From: a virus
Taxonomy: Duplodnaviria; Caudoviricetes
DNA: 64,000 bases
Reading direction: 5' to 3' (one strand)
Virus record (IMG/VR): IMGVR_UViG_2929042913_000010
Location: 2,344 to 66,343 of that record
Shown: positions 28,275 through 36,886 of the stretch, piece after piece
Layout: each line of letters opens with the position of its first letter
How positions within the stretch are numbered: the stretch's first letter is position 1
Made by a program: the position numbers and the translations under genes
The notes under the pieces: model-generated
The model's database searches: none
The model's input: only the letters and a program-made list of their open reading frames with translations
Told to the model about the DNA's origin: nothing

Positions 28275-28313
28275 TGCTCCCTTTTTGTCCCCTGAGATTT
28301 TTTACTGCCCCCT
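28275..28313. promoter_or_regulatory. Prophage 2 left att arm repeats
   Basis: TGCTCCCT, TGTCCCCT and TGCCCCCT; similar TGCCCCTT pair at 59910 and 59921. Confidence 0.55.
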
Positions 28314-28322
28314 GATTTTTTT

Positions 28323-28334
28323 GTGACATGTCAC
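28323..28334. repeat. GTGACATGTCAC palindrome
   Basis: Exact copy of the motif at 19812, 19844 and 51600; half-site ATGTCAC at 28359. Confidence 0.85.
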
Positions 28335-28447
28335 GGCGATTTTTATTTTTTCAAAAGTATGTCACGCTTATTTTTTACAGTAGGTTGCAATTAGAGTAGT
28401 TATTTTGTTAGATAGGTTTATCTTTTATCTAACTCAATGGTGGAATC

Positions 28448-28684
28448 ATGAACTCTAAAGATGTGTTGTTTATTACTAAAGGTCGACACGTAGAACGTGT
28501 GTTTGTACCTGACGACTTGACTACTTATATTTATAGAATTGACCACGGTACACTTGCAGAAATGGAAGAACATATTCTCCCGATAGAAGAGTTCGTCTTT
28601 AATGGAAAAACTTATTTTATTGTTAGAGAAGATAAAACAATAACAGGTAAGCGCATCCAAGAAGAGATTCAAAATCATTACTGA
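28448..28684 (+). CDS. Hypothetical 78-aa protein at the prophage 2 left end
   Basis: ATG with upstream GGTGGA; globular-looking composition. Confidence 0.55.
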   Translation: MNSKDVLFITKGRHVERVFVPDDLTTYIYRIDHGTLAEMEEHILPIEEFVFNGKTYFIVREDKTITGKRIQEEIQNHY

Positions 28685-28973
28685 CGATTTCAGTTTTTCA
28701 ATTCCTCTCAAGCCGCATTGTTACTGATTTTTTGAAGTTATGCGGCTCGTTTCGCGATCCAACCAAACCCACGTAAAATAGAGATTTCCTTTATCTTTCA
28801 TTGCGTTGTGTTTTTAGTGCGATCCATTTCGTGATCTAAAAACTGAAATATAATGAAATTCTTTTCACACATTTCATTTTTCAATTTCTCGCAAGACCCT
28901 AGCAGTGGCGCGGCTTGGCGATATGTTTTGTAGAATTTTAAAACTGAAATAATTTTACTGCACAGATTGTGCA

Positions 28974-28992
28974 GGCGGGTGCGGTGTAGTGC
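28974..28992 (+). other. Putative cos-like site
   Basis: GGCGGGTGCGGTGTAGTGC loosely resembles P2/186 19-nt cos ends; lies in a non-coding repeat-rich stretch near att. Confidence 0.35.
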
Positions 28993-29137
28993 GTTTTACG
29001 TGGTGGAAACTTTTATTTCGTGGGGGCTGTGATTCCTCAGCGGCATTCTGTGGACGCGATCCAATTCAATGATTAGGTTCTGTTAGATGATTATTGATGT
29101 GCTCTGAGTAGCGCTTAGGCTGTTATATTGCAGATAT

Positions 29138-29160
29138 AAAAAAGCCCACACTCGGTGGGC
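29138..29160 (-). terminator. Intrinsic terminator of the late tail operon
   Basis: GCCCAC-cgagt-GTGGGC-TTTTTT on the minus strand after 29179. Confidence 0.75.
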
Positions 29161-29178
29161 AAATGGTGGACGATAATC

Positions 29179-30855
29179 TTACTTACCAATGACTGGCGAA
29201 TACTTTTTATTCAAGCTGTCTGACTTGGTGCTAGTGCCTTTGATAGCTGGCGCGTTAAGTGGTGCGCCTGTGTTGCTGTGAGTGTGGTTAGCAGTGAGTT
29301 CTGCTAGTTCTTTGACTACATCAAGCGTGTCTATCATCAGCTGGGCAACGTTGATTTCTTGGCTGCCAATCCAAACCACAGGGGCTATGATTTGTTGCTG
29401 TGCGCCTGCGATACTTTGCTTTATCTGCCCGACTTTCTCTATCAGCTTTTGACCGATTTCAATTGTTGAGTCTTGCCCAATATTCAGGACCATATCTTTT
29501 TCAACACTTACCACATAATTGGCTGATGTTGCTATTGCATAATCACCCTCGGATAATTGCTGTATTGCACCCGCTAATAGTTTTTTAGTACCTAAAACAG
29601 TCGATGTGTCGTTGGCCTGTATCGTGGTTTCCCTTGCCACTAGTTCGCGCTGTTCTTTGTCCGCTTTAATCATCCGTAGCATGGACGCTTCATTGATACT
29701 CTGGTCTGTCTCACGATTCCAGCTACCATCCTGCGTGACACGTTGGAAAACCTCTTTGCGTTGTTGTTGCAATTGCTCCCCTGGGAGGATGTCCGGTAGG
29801 GTATTATTTTGGCTGAGTGTTTGCCTGATAAACGGTTTATCAGGTCTGCCACCTTCAAAGGCAATTTCAACTAAAGTGCCCTCAGGTGGAAATTGGAACA
29901 TCCCACTCTCGCCCCCTGCCATTGGTAAAGGTAGTGGCACGGCTTTATAAGTAGGTGCGGCTGATTCGTTACCATCACCATCAAGCAATTGCACATCAAC
30001 AGCATATTTTGGTCTGAATGGATCCGAAATATCACCGGCACTAACAGACTCGCTCGGTGATTCAATTCGCGCAAATTTTGGTAAATGCAAACCTGCAGAT
30101 AATTCGGGATAGGCTTTGTCTATTTGGCTCTGAATCGATGTTTTATTTTCGGCTTTGCCTGTTAATGGATTTATGGCCAACCAATAAAGTGTGATGTCGT
30201 CATTGTCGAGTTGGACTTTATTCACGCGCTTACCATTTACCACCTTTCCGGCTCGTAAGGCGGGTATTAATGGAAAGGTGGCGCTGTTACCTGCTGATTG
30301 GCCTTTTGAAAACTCTGCAGGTATTTCATGTTTATCATCTTTAAACATCGAATCTATCCAGCTGCCAACAAAGATTTTACCATCCGGCATTTGGTACCAA
30401 ACATAATCAGAGATGCTGAAAACTGCCCCTAAATTGGTTAGTAGCTGAAATCCGGTACCATTGTGAGTGAAATGAGGAATAGGCGTATTGATGTATTTTG
30501 AATCGGGCAGAATGAACGTTAAGCCGCTATTTTCCTGCAAATAGTCTGTGATCACTTTTAATGTTGGATGTTGAAAAGAACATGGCCACATTTTATCAAA
30601 CACCGCGACAAGCTCACGAATAAATAGCTTTTGAAAACCGTTATCGGTAGGTTGAGCACGTTCAACATATCCGGTGAAGTAGCGGTAAAGTGAATCGGTA
30701 TAGCCCGTATCAAAACGAATTAATTTACCTGTGTAATCCGTTTCGGTTTCAACAGTCAAAAAGCCACGACCACACGCTGATAGTTCAAGCATGATTTTCG
30801 CATCAACAATATGGACCTCATCATTAGATAAATAACAGCGGCTAATCGGTTTCAT
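29179..30855 (-). CDS. Baseplate hub/spike-like tail protein (last late gene of HP1-like phages)
   Basis: 558 aa; OB-fold-like PPEGTLVEIAF..GRPDKPFI, beta-helix-like repeats and a terminal His-x-His (NHTH) tip motif. Confidence 0.7.
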   Translation of the reverse strand: MKPISRCYLSNDEVHIVDAKIMLELSACGRGFLTVETETDYTGKLIRFDTGYTDSLYRYFTGYVERAQPTDNGFQKLFIRELVAVFDKMWPCSFQHPTLKVITDYLQENSGLTFILPDSKYINTPIPHFTHNGTGFQLLTNLGAVFSISDYVWYQMPDGKIFVGSWIDSMFKDDKHEIPAEFSKGQSAGNSATFPLIPALRAGKVVNGKRVNKVQLDNDDITLYWLAINPLTGKAENKTSIQSQIDKAYPELSAGLHLPKFARIESPSESVSAGDISDPFRPKYAVDVQLLDGDGNESAAPTYKAVPLPLPMAGGESGMFQFPPEGTLVEIAFEGGRPDKPFIRQTLSQNNTLPDILPGEQLQQQRKEVFQRVTQDGSWNRETDQSINEASMLRMIKADKEQRELVARETTIQANDTSTVLGTKKLLAGAIQQLSEGDYAIATSANYVVSVEKDMVLNIGQDSTIEIGQKLIEKVGQIKQSIAGAQQQIIAPVVWIGSQEINVAQLMIDTLDVVKELAELTANHTHSNTGAPLNAPAIKGTSTKSDSLNKKYSPVIGK

Positions 30856-30857
30856 TA

Positions 30858-31424
30858 TTATTTATTCCCAAAATCATCAATCGGTTTTAAAACCGTACTT
30901 TCAAACCATGTTAATTCGTCTTTTTCTTCTTTTGCCGCGCCCGTTGGTGCTTTTGGGTTTCCGGTCTGTTTTTTCGCTTGTGCTTGACCTACCGCTCTCG
31001 CATCTTTTTTCTCAGATACCGATAAATGCTCACGTAATGTGAATGTAATTTGCCATGCCATTTGTCCATCTATTTCTGATGCATCAATATTTCCGGTAAA
31101 AGTACCGATACGAAAGTTAATGGCTTTGGCGGTATGATTCGCGACGCGATAACGTTTTAATTTGCCGCCGTCTTTAGCTTCGGCAAGTGCAAATAGTCGT
31201 GTGAGGATTTTTGCATCAGTGAAATTAATCACGCCAGTTACGCGTAGCTCTTTTGGCTTAATACCTTGCTCTGCAACAGCGGTGCTGGATGTTTGACCGG
31301 ATTGGTCTTTGTCTTGGAATTGTACCGACGGGTTAACTTTGATGTTCTTCAGCGGAATAGCTTCACCATCAAGGGCGAAGGTTATTGTCGGATTTTGTGC
31401 TGTCGATTGGTTTTGTTGGATCAT
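30858..31424 (-). CDS. Baseplate/tail protein
   Basis: DQSGQTSST..AEQGIKPKEL motif; tail operon synteny. Confidence 0.7.
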   Translation of the reverse strand: MIQQNQSTAQNPTITFALDGEAIPLKNIKVNPSVQFQDKDQSGQTSSTAVAEQGIKPKELRVTGVINFTDAKILTRLFALAEAKDGGKLKRYRVANHTAKAINFRIGTFTGNIDASEIDGQMAWQITFTLREHLSVSEKKDARAVGQAQAKKQTGNPKAPTGAAKEEKDELTWFESTVLKPIDDFGNK

Positions 31425-32145
31425 GAAGCATTCCCTTTAGTACTGAAAGTTCGCTTCCTGCGAACAGTGTTGCTAATGTTAAAACCGCGTCAGGTTCAGG
31501 GATATCTTTCTGTAGCTGTTCCGCTAAATAATCGCCTGTTCCTTTGCCTGTAAAACTCCAAATAATAACTGATTTACCCAGTAGGCCAGTGAGTTTGTCA
31601 TTAATGTCTTTTAATGCGTTTTCTCGACTGACTTTGAAGCTAGACATTACTGATTTCATTGCATCGATACCGCTTGCGCTGCCTGCGCTATTTTTGGCCT
31701 GTTCAATCAGCTGGGCATTAATTGTTGCGCGGCTGTTTGACGTTGATAGAGCCTGTGGTTTGGGTAATCCGCCTAGTTGTTTGCCCGGTAACTGCATTTT
31801 TGTTATCTGCAGTGATTCCGCTGTTTTTGCCATGCGTTCCACTTGCGAGAAAACGGGCAATGGGAACACGGTCGAAAATTGCTGCAGCAATCCCATAAAT
31901 TCCGTTTGCGTTTTTGCACAGACCATCATAACCGTAATTTCTGTTTCTGCAGTACCTGCCAATTTTTTTGCAATATGCTTGATTGCGTTGGTTGGGCTTA
32001 AATAGCTGCCTGTATCGGTTTTTTGCCCTAGTCCATAAACAAATGGATGCGCGGGCACCATCGAACAGGTTAGCCCCGACATGGTCGGGGATAGTTTCAT
32101 CAATGACTTACGCCACTTTGGATGGATTATGGTTTCGTTGGCCAT
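31369..32145 (-). CDS. Conserved HP1-type tail/baseplate-region protein
   Basis: Paralog of 165..941. Confidence 0.7.
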   Translation of the reverse strand: MANETIIHPKWRKSLMKLSPTMSGLTCSMVPAHPFVYGLGQKTDTGSYLSPTNAIKHIAKKLAGTAETEITVMMVCAKTQTEFMGLLQQFSTVFPLPVFSQVERMAKTAESLQITKMQLPGKQLGGLPKPQALSTSNSRATINAQLIEQAKNSAGSASGIDAMKSVMSSFKVSRENALKDINDKLTGLLGKSVIIWSFTGKGTGDYLAEQLQKDIPEPDAVLTLATLFAGSELSVLKGMLHDPTKPIDSTKSDNNLRP

Positions 32146-32744
32146 TCGATATCCGGTGCGGTTGATGTGTCAACACGATTGAGATAAACACGGTATGTTT
32201 TCCATGCAGTTAATTTGCTTTCGTAATTATCATCATCAAGACCCACTTCAATTGCATCTTGTAGATAAGTAATCATGCTGTTCGCTTCCGCTAAACGCTG
32301 TGATTTTTCACTTTCTGCAGTAGCTACAGCCGCGGCTTTTTGGGTGTCAGTATCAGTCACCCACTTTTTACCGTCCCACTTATCAAATTCTGTTGGCGGC
32401 TCTAGCAATGTCAGCGTACCCGGTAATTCGCCAATAAAATCAATCTCTGTTGGCTGACGATTTTCAGTGTTGTAAGCTGTCTTACCGCGATTATCCGTGA
32501 CGATTTCCCATTTCTTTTCGTCTTTGCTGCGAATAACTGCAAAGCCCGCTTTTGTTGGTAGTTCAGGTGCATCAATATAAGCACCAGCGGATATACTCAC
32601 ATCAAAATAAATATTTTCCATACTTGCATTGATATATTCACGTGTTGCAGGGTCTGCGATATACGTTTTAATCCAGCCTGCTTTTTCTGCGAGTCCATTT
32701 TCTCCGATTACTGCTTGTTCAATTTCTAAATTATATTTGTTCAT
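32127..32744 (-). CDS. Tail fibre assembly chaperone
   Basis: Near-identical to 923..1540. Confidence 0.9.
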   Translation of the reverse strand: MNKYNLEIEQAVIGENGLAEKAGWIKTYIADPATREYINASMENIYFDVSISAGAYIDAPELPTKAGFAVIRSKDEKKWEIVTDNRGKTAYNTENRQPTEIDFIGELPGTLTLLEPPTEFDKWDGKKWVTDTDTQKAAAVATAESEKSQRLAEANSMITYLQDAIEVGLDDDNYESKLTAWKTYRVYLNRVDTSTAPDIEWPTKP

Positions 32745-34747
32745 TATGCTGCTCTCACGATATATAAAAATGCGATATTGCGCGGACGGCTTTCTTTCCC
32801 GCCTGATTTTTTTGTTGTGTATGTTGCGTTGCTGACATTAATAGCTAATGTTCTGAGAGCGTATTGTTCTGAACTGCCTGAGCCATTCGCATTTTTTAAT
32901 ATCATGTTATGGTCATGCTCTTGGTTTTCATCACTTTGCTCTGATAACACAGCTCGTCCATTATCTATATTACGGCCAGCATCAAGTCCGCGAATAAACT
33001 CCCCCCGAAGGTCTGGTAATACTCCTGATGGATATGCGAGCGCTAAAAGTGGGTAAGTTGTTTTATTAAATGTCTGACCGTTACAAATTAAATAACCCGT
33101 AGGTGGTGTTGATTGAGGCCAAGGCAGAGGACAGCCAACTCTGCAATCACTAAGATGGTCAGCCGCGCCCGATGCCTTTAAGTTTCCGTTGCGGTCTACA
33201 GTAGTGTTAGCTGTTGAGTAAATTTCCTTCCATTGTGTCGTCAGATCCATACCGTCAATGTTGGAAAATCTGTAATACAATATTTCAGGAATTCGTGACA
33301 TGAAAACTTGAGCTCGGCGGCTTGGAGTATAGCTAACTTGAATACCTCCGCCCGCCCCCGGATACCCCTGACTTGTTGCTACTAGTGTACTACCGTACTG
33401 GATAAAGCGACTTTCATTTCGCTCTCCCACCCCCTTTTCTTCGTAAGAGGCTTTGCCAATGCCAAAATCACCAACTAGCATCGCTGTACCGGTGGCTCTC
33501 GGAAATAAAATACTTTGTACAACATTTCCGTTTGTATCGCGCTGATATAATTCAGCTATAGCAGCTTGACTATTAGGTTTGGCTTCAAGAAAAACGGTTG
33601 AACCTTCATCTTTTTTCAGTCGGATGACAGGGTAGTTAAGTCCTTTTTTGTACACCGTTAACGTCTCTACGTCTCCCGTTACTTTGTCGACCTTCTCATT
33701 CAGCCCATTTTTCAGCGCTTCACTTGTTGCATAATTTCCAGCAGGTTGATAATTACCAACGGGTTGTTTTTTGCCTAATTCACTTGTGAGTAACTGTTGA
33801 CTAACAACAAGCTCGGTACTATTTCCCATTTGATGAGTGATATTCGCTTTATCAATTTTCTTGCTTAAATCTAATTTAAAACGTGTTTCAAGCGCTGCAA
33901 GTTCCTGATCACTCAATGCCCCCATAGGTCGTAAATCTTTCACATTCCCTGATGCATCAATGCTGGCAATAGCAAACACTTGGTGTGTAAATCCAGCGGC
34001 ATCAACATAATTAGTTAGTGTTGCGGCGGCTGTAATTTTAATAACCGTGTTCCACTGGCTAACAATGTTCCCTTGATAGCTGAAATCTACATAAACTTTA
34101 GTATTGCGCAGGTTATTTAAAGTCTGGTTTTGTGCAAGTTCACCACGAAGGCCGCCAACATAACCAAGACCTTTTTTAACCGTGTATTGTTCAGCACTAC
34201 GAGTCACTTCAAAACTTTCATCAAAGAAAGCCGCAGCTCCGTAGCTGTCTAAATTAATCAGGCGTTGCATTTCATCAATACCAGATAGACGCGCAGTAAA
34301 ATCAATTTGCCATGTTTCTGCACTTGTCTTAATTTGAGTTTCTTCTGCCGCCCCTTGAAATTCCAATAAAAAAGAACGCATCAGGACATTGCCCTGTTGC
34401 CCATTCTGGGTCTTTAGCTTTTTTTGACTTGGCGCATGGGTGATCATTGCGACTGTATTGGATTCTTTATTGAGTAATCCTATCCAGTTAAAATCAAAGT
34501 TACCGACTTCTGCGCCTAATGTGACGCTATAGGCAACCGCATTTTCACTGGCTAAACCGGATTTATTCACGAGTTGACGGTAAACAATCTGGTTCGCAGG
34601 CGGGAGTTTTTCGTTGCGGTCAATCGGTTTTGTTGGGTCTAGGTTCGGCACATTTGCGAACACAAACTCATTGAGCAAAACGGGTTTAGCGCTTGCGGCT
34701 TCTTGGGCTTTCCATCCCTCAAAAGCTATCGTAATTACTGATGCCAT
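32744..34747 (-). CDS. Tail fibre protein
   Basis: Paralog of 1540..3543; same length and domains. Confidence 0.92.
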   Translation of the reverse strand: MASVITIAFEGWKAQEAASAKPVLLNEFVFANVPNLDPTKPIDRNEKLPPANQIVYRQLVNKSGLASENAVAYSVTLGAEVGNFDFNWIGLLNKESNTVAMITHAPSQKKLKTQNGQQGNVLMRSFLLEFQGAAEETQIKTSAETWQIDFTARLSGIDEMQRLINLDSYGAAAFFDESFEVTRSAEQYTVKKGLGYVGGLRGELAQNQTLNNLRNTKVYVDFSYQGNIVSQWNTVIKITAAATLTNYVDAAGFTHQVFAIASIDASGNVKDLRPMGALSDQELAALETRFKLDLSKKIDKANITHQMGNSTELVVSQQLLTSELGKKQPVGNYQPAGNYATSEALKNGLNEKVDKVTGDVETLTVYKKGLNYPVIRLKKDEGSTVFLEAKPNSQAAIAELYQRDTNGNVVQSILFPRATGTAMLVGDFGIGKASYEEKGVGERNESRFIQYGSTLVATSQGYPGAGGGIQVSYTPSRRAQVFMSRIPEILYYRFSNIDGMDLTTQWKEIYSTANTTVDRNGNLKASGAADHLSDCRVGCPLPWPQSTPPTGYLICNGQTFNKTTYPLLALAYPSGVLPDLRGEFIRGLDAGRNIDNGRAVLSEQSDENQEHDHNMILKNANGSGSSEQYALRTLAINVSNATYTTKKSGGKESRPRNIAFLYIVRAA

Positions 34748-34760
34748 ATAATGCAGTCCT

Positions 34761-35390
34761 TTACATTAATGATGCGCCAAACACTTGACTTGACGCTGAA
34801 ATTTGTCCAATTCGAATAAACATCGGTTGATTGGGTAAGGTGGCGTAATAGCAAACATAATCCGCTTCCACAAAACCGACGCGCATACCGAGCTGATGCA
34901 CCGCCATAACTTCAAAACGATAGCGTCTGCAGGTGCGCCCATATTGACGGATAATGTTAAGCAACAAGTCAGGGTTATTAGCAATTTGACCGTCGCTAAC
35001 CCGTAAAATAATGACGTCCCAATCAATATCCGGTTGCCGCTCGTTAATTTCGACATAACCGACGCCAAGGCGTTTAAATATATCGATAAACCCTGAGACG
35101 CTGCCGGAGTCTTTGGCATTGATAAACGCATATTTCACACGCTTACGGTATAAATCCAACGGCTCATTATTAAAGCGTTGGATATCTCGCTGATATGCCA
35201 ACAAGTTTAATAATGGCTCAGTGCAGGTATCAGGGTCTAATTGCGCCAAAGGCCACGTTAGCCAACCGTAAATCATTTCCCAAAATCGTTTGGTTGCCCG
35301 TAACAATGTTGCAGGCTCGTCTAAGTTCATCCAAGACGGCAAAGCCAAACGCTTTAATCGTTGTTTAAACTCGGGCATTTTGCACCTCAA
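34761..35390 (-). CDS. Tail protein, gpI-like
   Basis: Same translation as 3557..4186. Confidence 0.85.
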   Translation of the reverse strand: MRCKMPEFKQRLKRLALPSWMNLDEPATLLRATKRFWEMIYGWLTWPLAQLDPDTCTEPLLNLLAYQRDIQRFNNEPLDLYRKRVKYAFINAKDSGSVSGFIDIFKRLGVGYVEINERQPDIDWDVIILRVSDGQIANNPDLLLNIIRQYGRTCRRYRFEVMAVHQLGMRVGFVEADYVCYYATLPNQPMFIRIGQISASSQVFGASLM

Positions 35391-36555
35391 CGGTGAGTGA
35401 CTTTAGGCGTGGCACGCTTAAATCACTGACAATGTCGGGAATGCTAAACACAATCGAATCCAAGACAGAAAACTGTTTATGTAATTCGCGCCCAAGATTT
35501 GAGAATGAAAAACGTGAATATGGCCATGTTTTTTTAACATCATAATTGGCGTTCTCACGAAAGGCACAGCGCACTAAATCACCTGTATCTTGCTTTAATT
35601 TTTGCAATTCTTCGGCGGTGAAGTTTTCCACACTCGGCACAAATAAGGTCATTTTTAAAGTATGTTGCGTTTCTGGCATCGGAAAACATCGCATATCATC
35701 GCCATGTCCGTGATGCCCTTGGGCATTGATATAATCATTCACTTTGTCAATAAATGGCTGACTTGTGACGCCACTATCAAGCAATAAATACGCATTTGCG
35801 GTTCCGGCTCCGCGCGGTGCATCATGCAAAAAGAAAATACGGTCAATGCTCAATCCAACGACATTGGCAATCATTCCTCTGTAAACTGCATCAGTATGAT
35901 ATTGACCGACTAAATTATATTGATTGCGGCAACGGTCACGTAAATCATTGTCGCTTTCAGCATCCGCACCCGGTACTAATAACCAGTTTTCCTCATTCTG
36001 AACACGGTCAATCCCTGCGATAGCAACGGGCAAAATACGGAAATAGCCTGGCGCAAGGTTGTAAGCCCCTCCGGCATTTTCAGCGATAACCGGCACTAAT
36101 GCGCTATCGGTATTTATCGCTTTGGTTTCCGCTGTTTTGACAGTGTAAACAATGCCGTTAATACGTTCTGTTTGTACAATGGTTCCCACTGGAATTGTGA
36201 CAGTTCCGGCACCTGCTGCACGATAAAAGCGAATCGCCCCTTTTGCTGCTGTGGCAGGCTTGCGCGTTAAATTGACGCCCCAAGCGAACATATCTAGCCA
36301 GTTACCGGATGCGGTGGCTAAATACATATTTTTCAAGGTGACATTGATTAAGGCATCGGTGAGCCAACGAACGGGTTTTGTCACAATGGTATTAATCAAA
36401 CGCCAGAACGGCGACATATCCGAAGTGTTGGTAATTAACCCCTCGTCATGGACAATTTCCGCAAATTTATCGCTAATTTCATCCTCTGATATGGGCATGC
36501 CGCTATCGCGTAAAACTTGTTCATAATCGATTTGGGGGATATTTTTACTGTTCAT
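35365..36555 (-). CDS. Baseplate J/gp47 family protein
   Basis: Near-identical to 4161..5351. Confidence 0.9.
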   Translation of the reverse strand: MNSKNIPQIDYEQVLRDSGMPISEDEISDKFAEIVHDEGLITNTSDMSPFWRLINTIVTKPVRWLTDALINVTLKNMYLATASGNWLDMFAWGVNLTRKPATAAKGAIRFYRAAGAGTVTIPVGTIVQTERINGIVYTVKTAETKAINTDSALVPVIAENAGGAYNLAPGYFRILPVAIAGIDRVQNEENWLLVPGADAESDNDLRDRCRNQYNLVGQYHTDAVYRGMIANVVGLSIDRIFFLHDAPRGAGTANAYLLLDSGVTSQPFIDKVNDYINAQGHHGHGDDMRCFPMPETQHTLKMTLFVPSVENFTAEELQKLKQDTGDLVRCAFRENANYDVKKTWPYSRFSFSNLGRELHKQFSVLDSIVFSIPDIVSDLSVPRLKSLTVEVQNARV

Positions 36556-36886
36556 AATTCACCCCCAAATTGATACGCCCAAAGTCGTAAGTATCTGCTG
36601 TCACCCAAAGTCGTTTTGTATTTTCTTCATCGATCACAATTGTGCCCGGCACTAACCGTTCATCACTTTCAACTAAGATTTCCATTTGAGTACGAATGTC
36701 AGCACGAAGAGTGGGACTGCGCTCAGCGACTAATTGAGTCGCAAGTCCACTTTCAATAATGCGATGTGCCACATCTTGGGTGATTGATTGGCGGTTATTG
36801 CAAAGCTCCGGCTCATTGCCGGAGTTAAGCGTAAAGTTTCGGTTAGTAATTAATAAATCAAAATAGAGTAAATTATCCATTTTCAA
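36545..36886 (-). CDS. DUF2590-like baseplate protein
   Basis: Same translation as 5341..5682. Confidence 0.75.
   Translation of the reverse strand: MKMDNLLYFDLLITNRNFTLNSGNEPELCNNRQSITQDVAHRIIESGLATQLVAERSPTLRADIRTQMEILVESDERLVPGTIVIDEENTKRLWVTADTYDFGRINLGVNYEQ

Noticed and set aside
28418-28711. 97-aa minus-strand ORF
   Set aside because: Antisense shadow of 28448..28684, which has the better RBS and composition.
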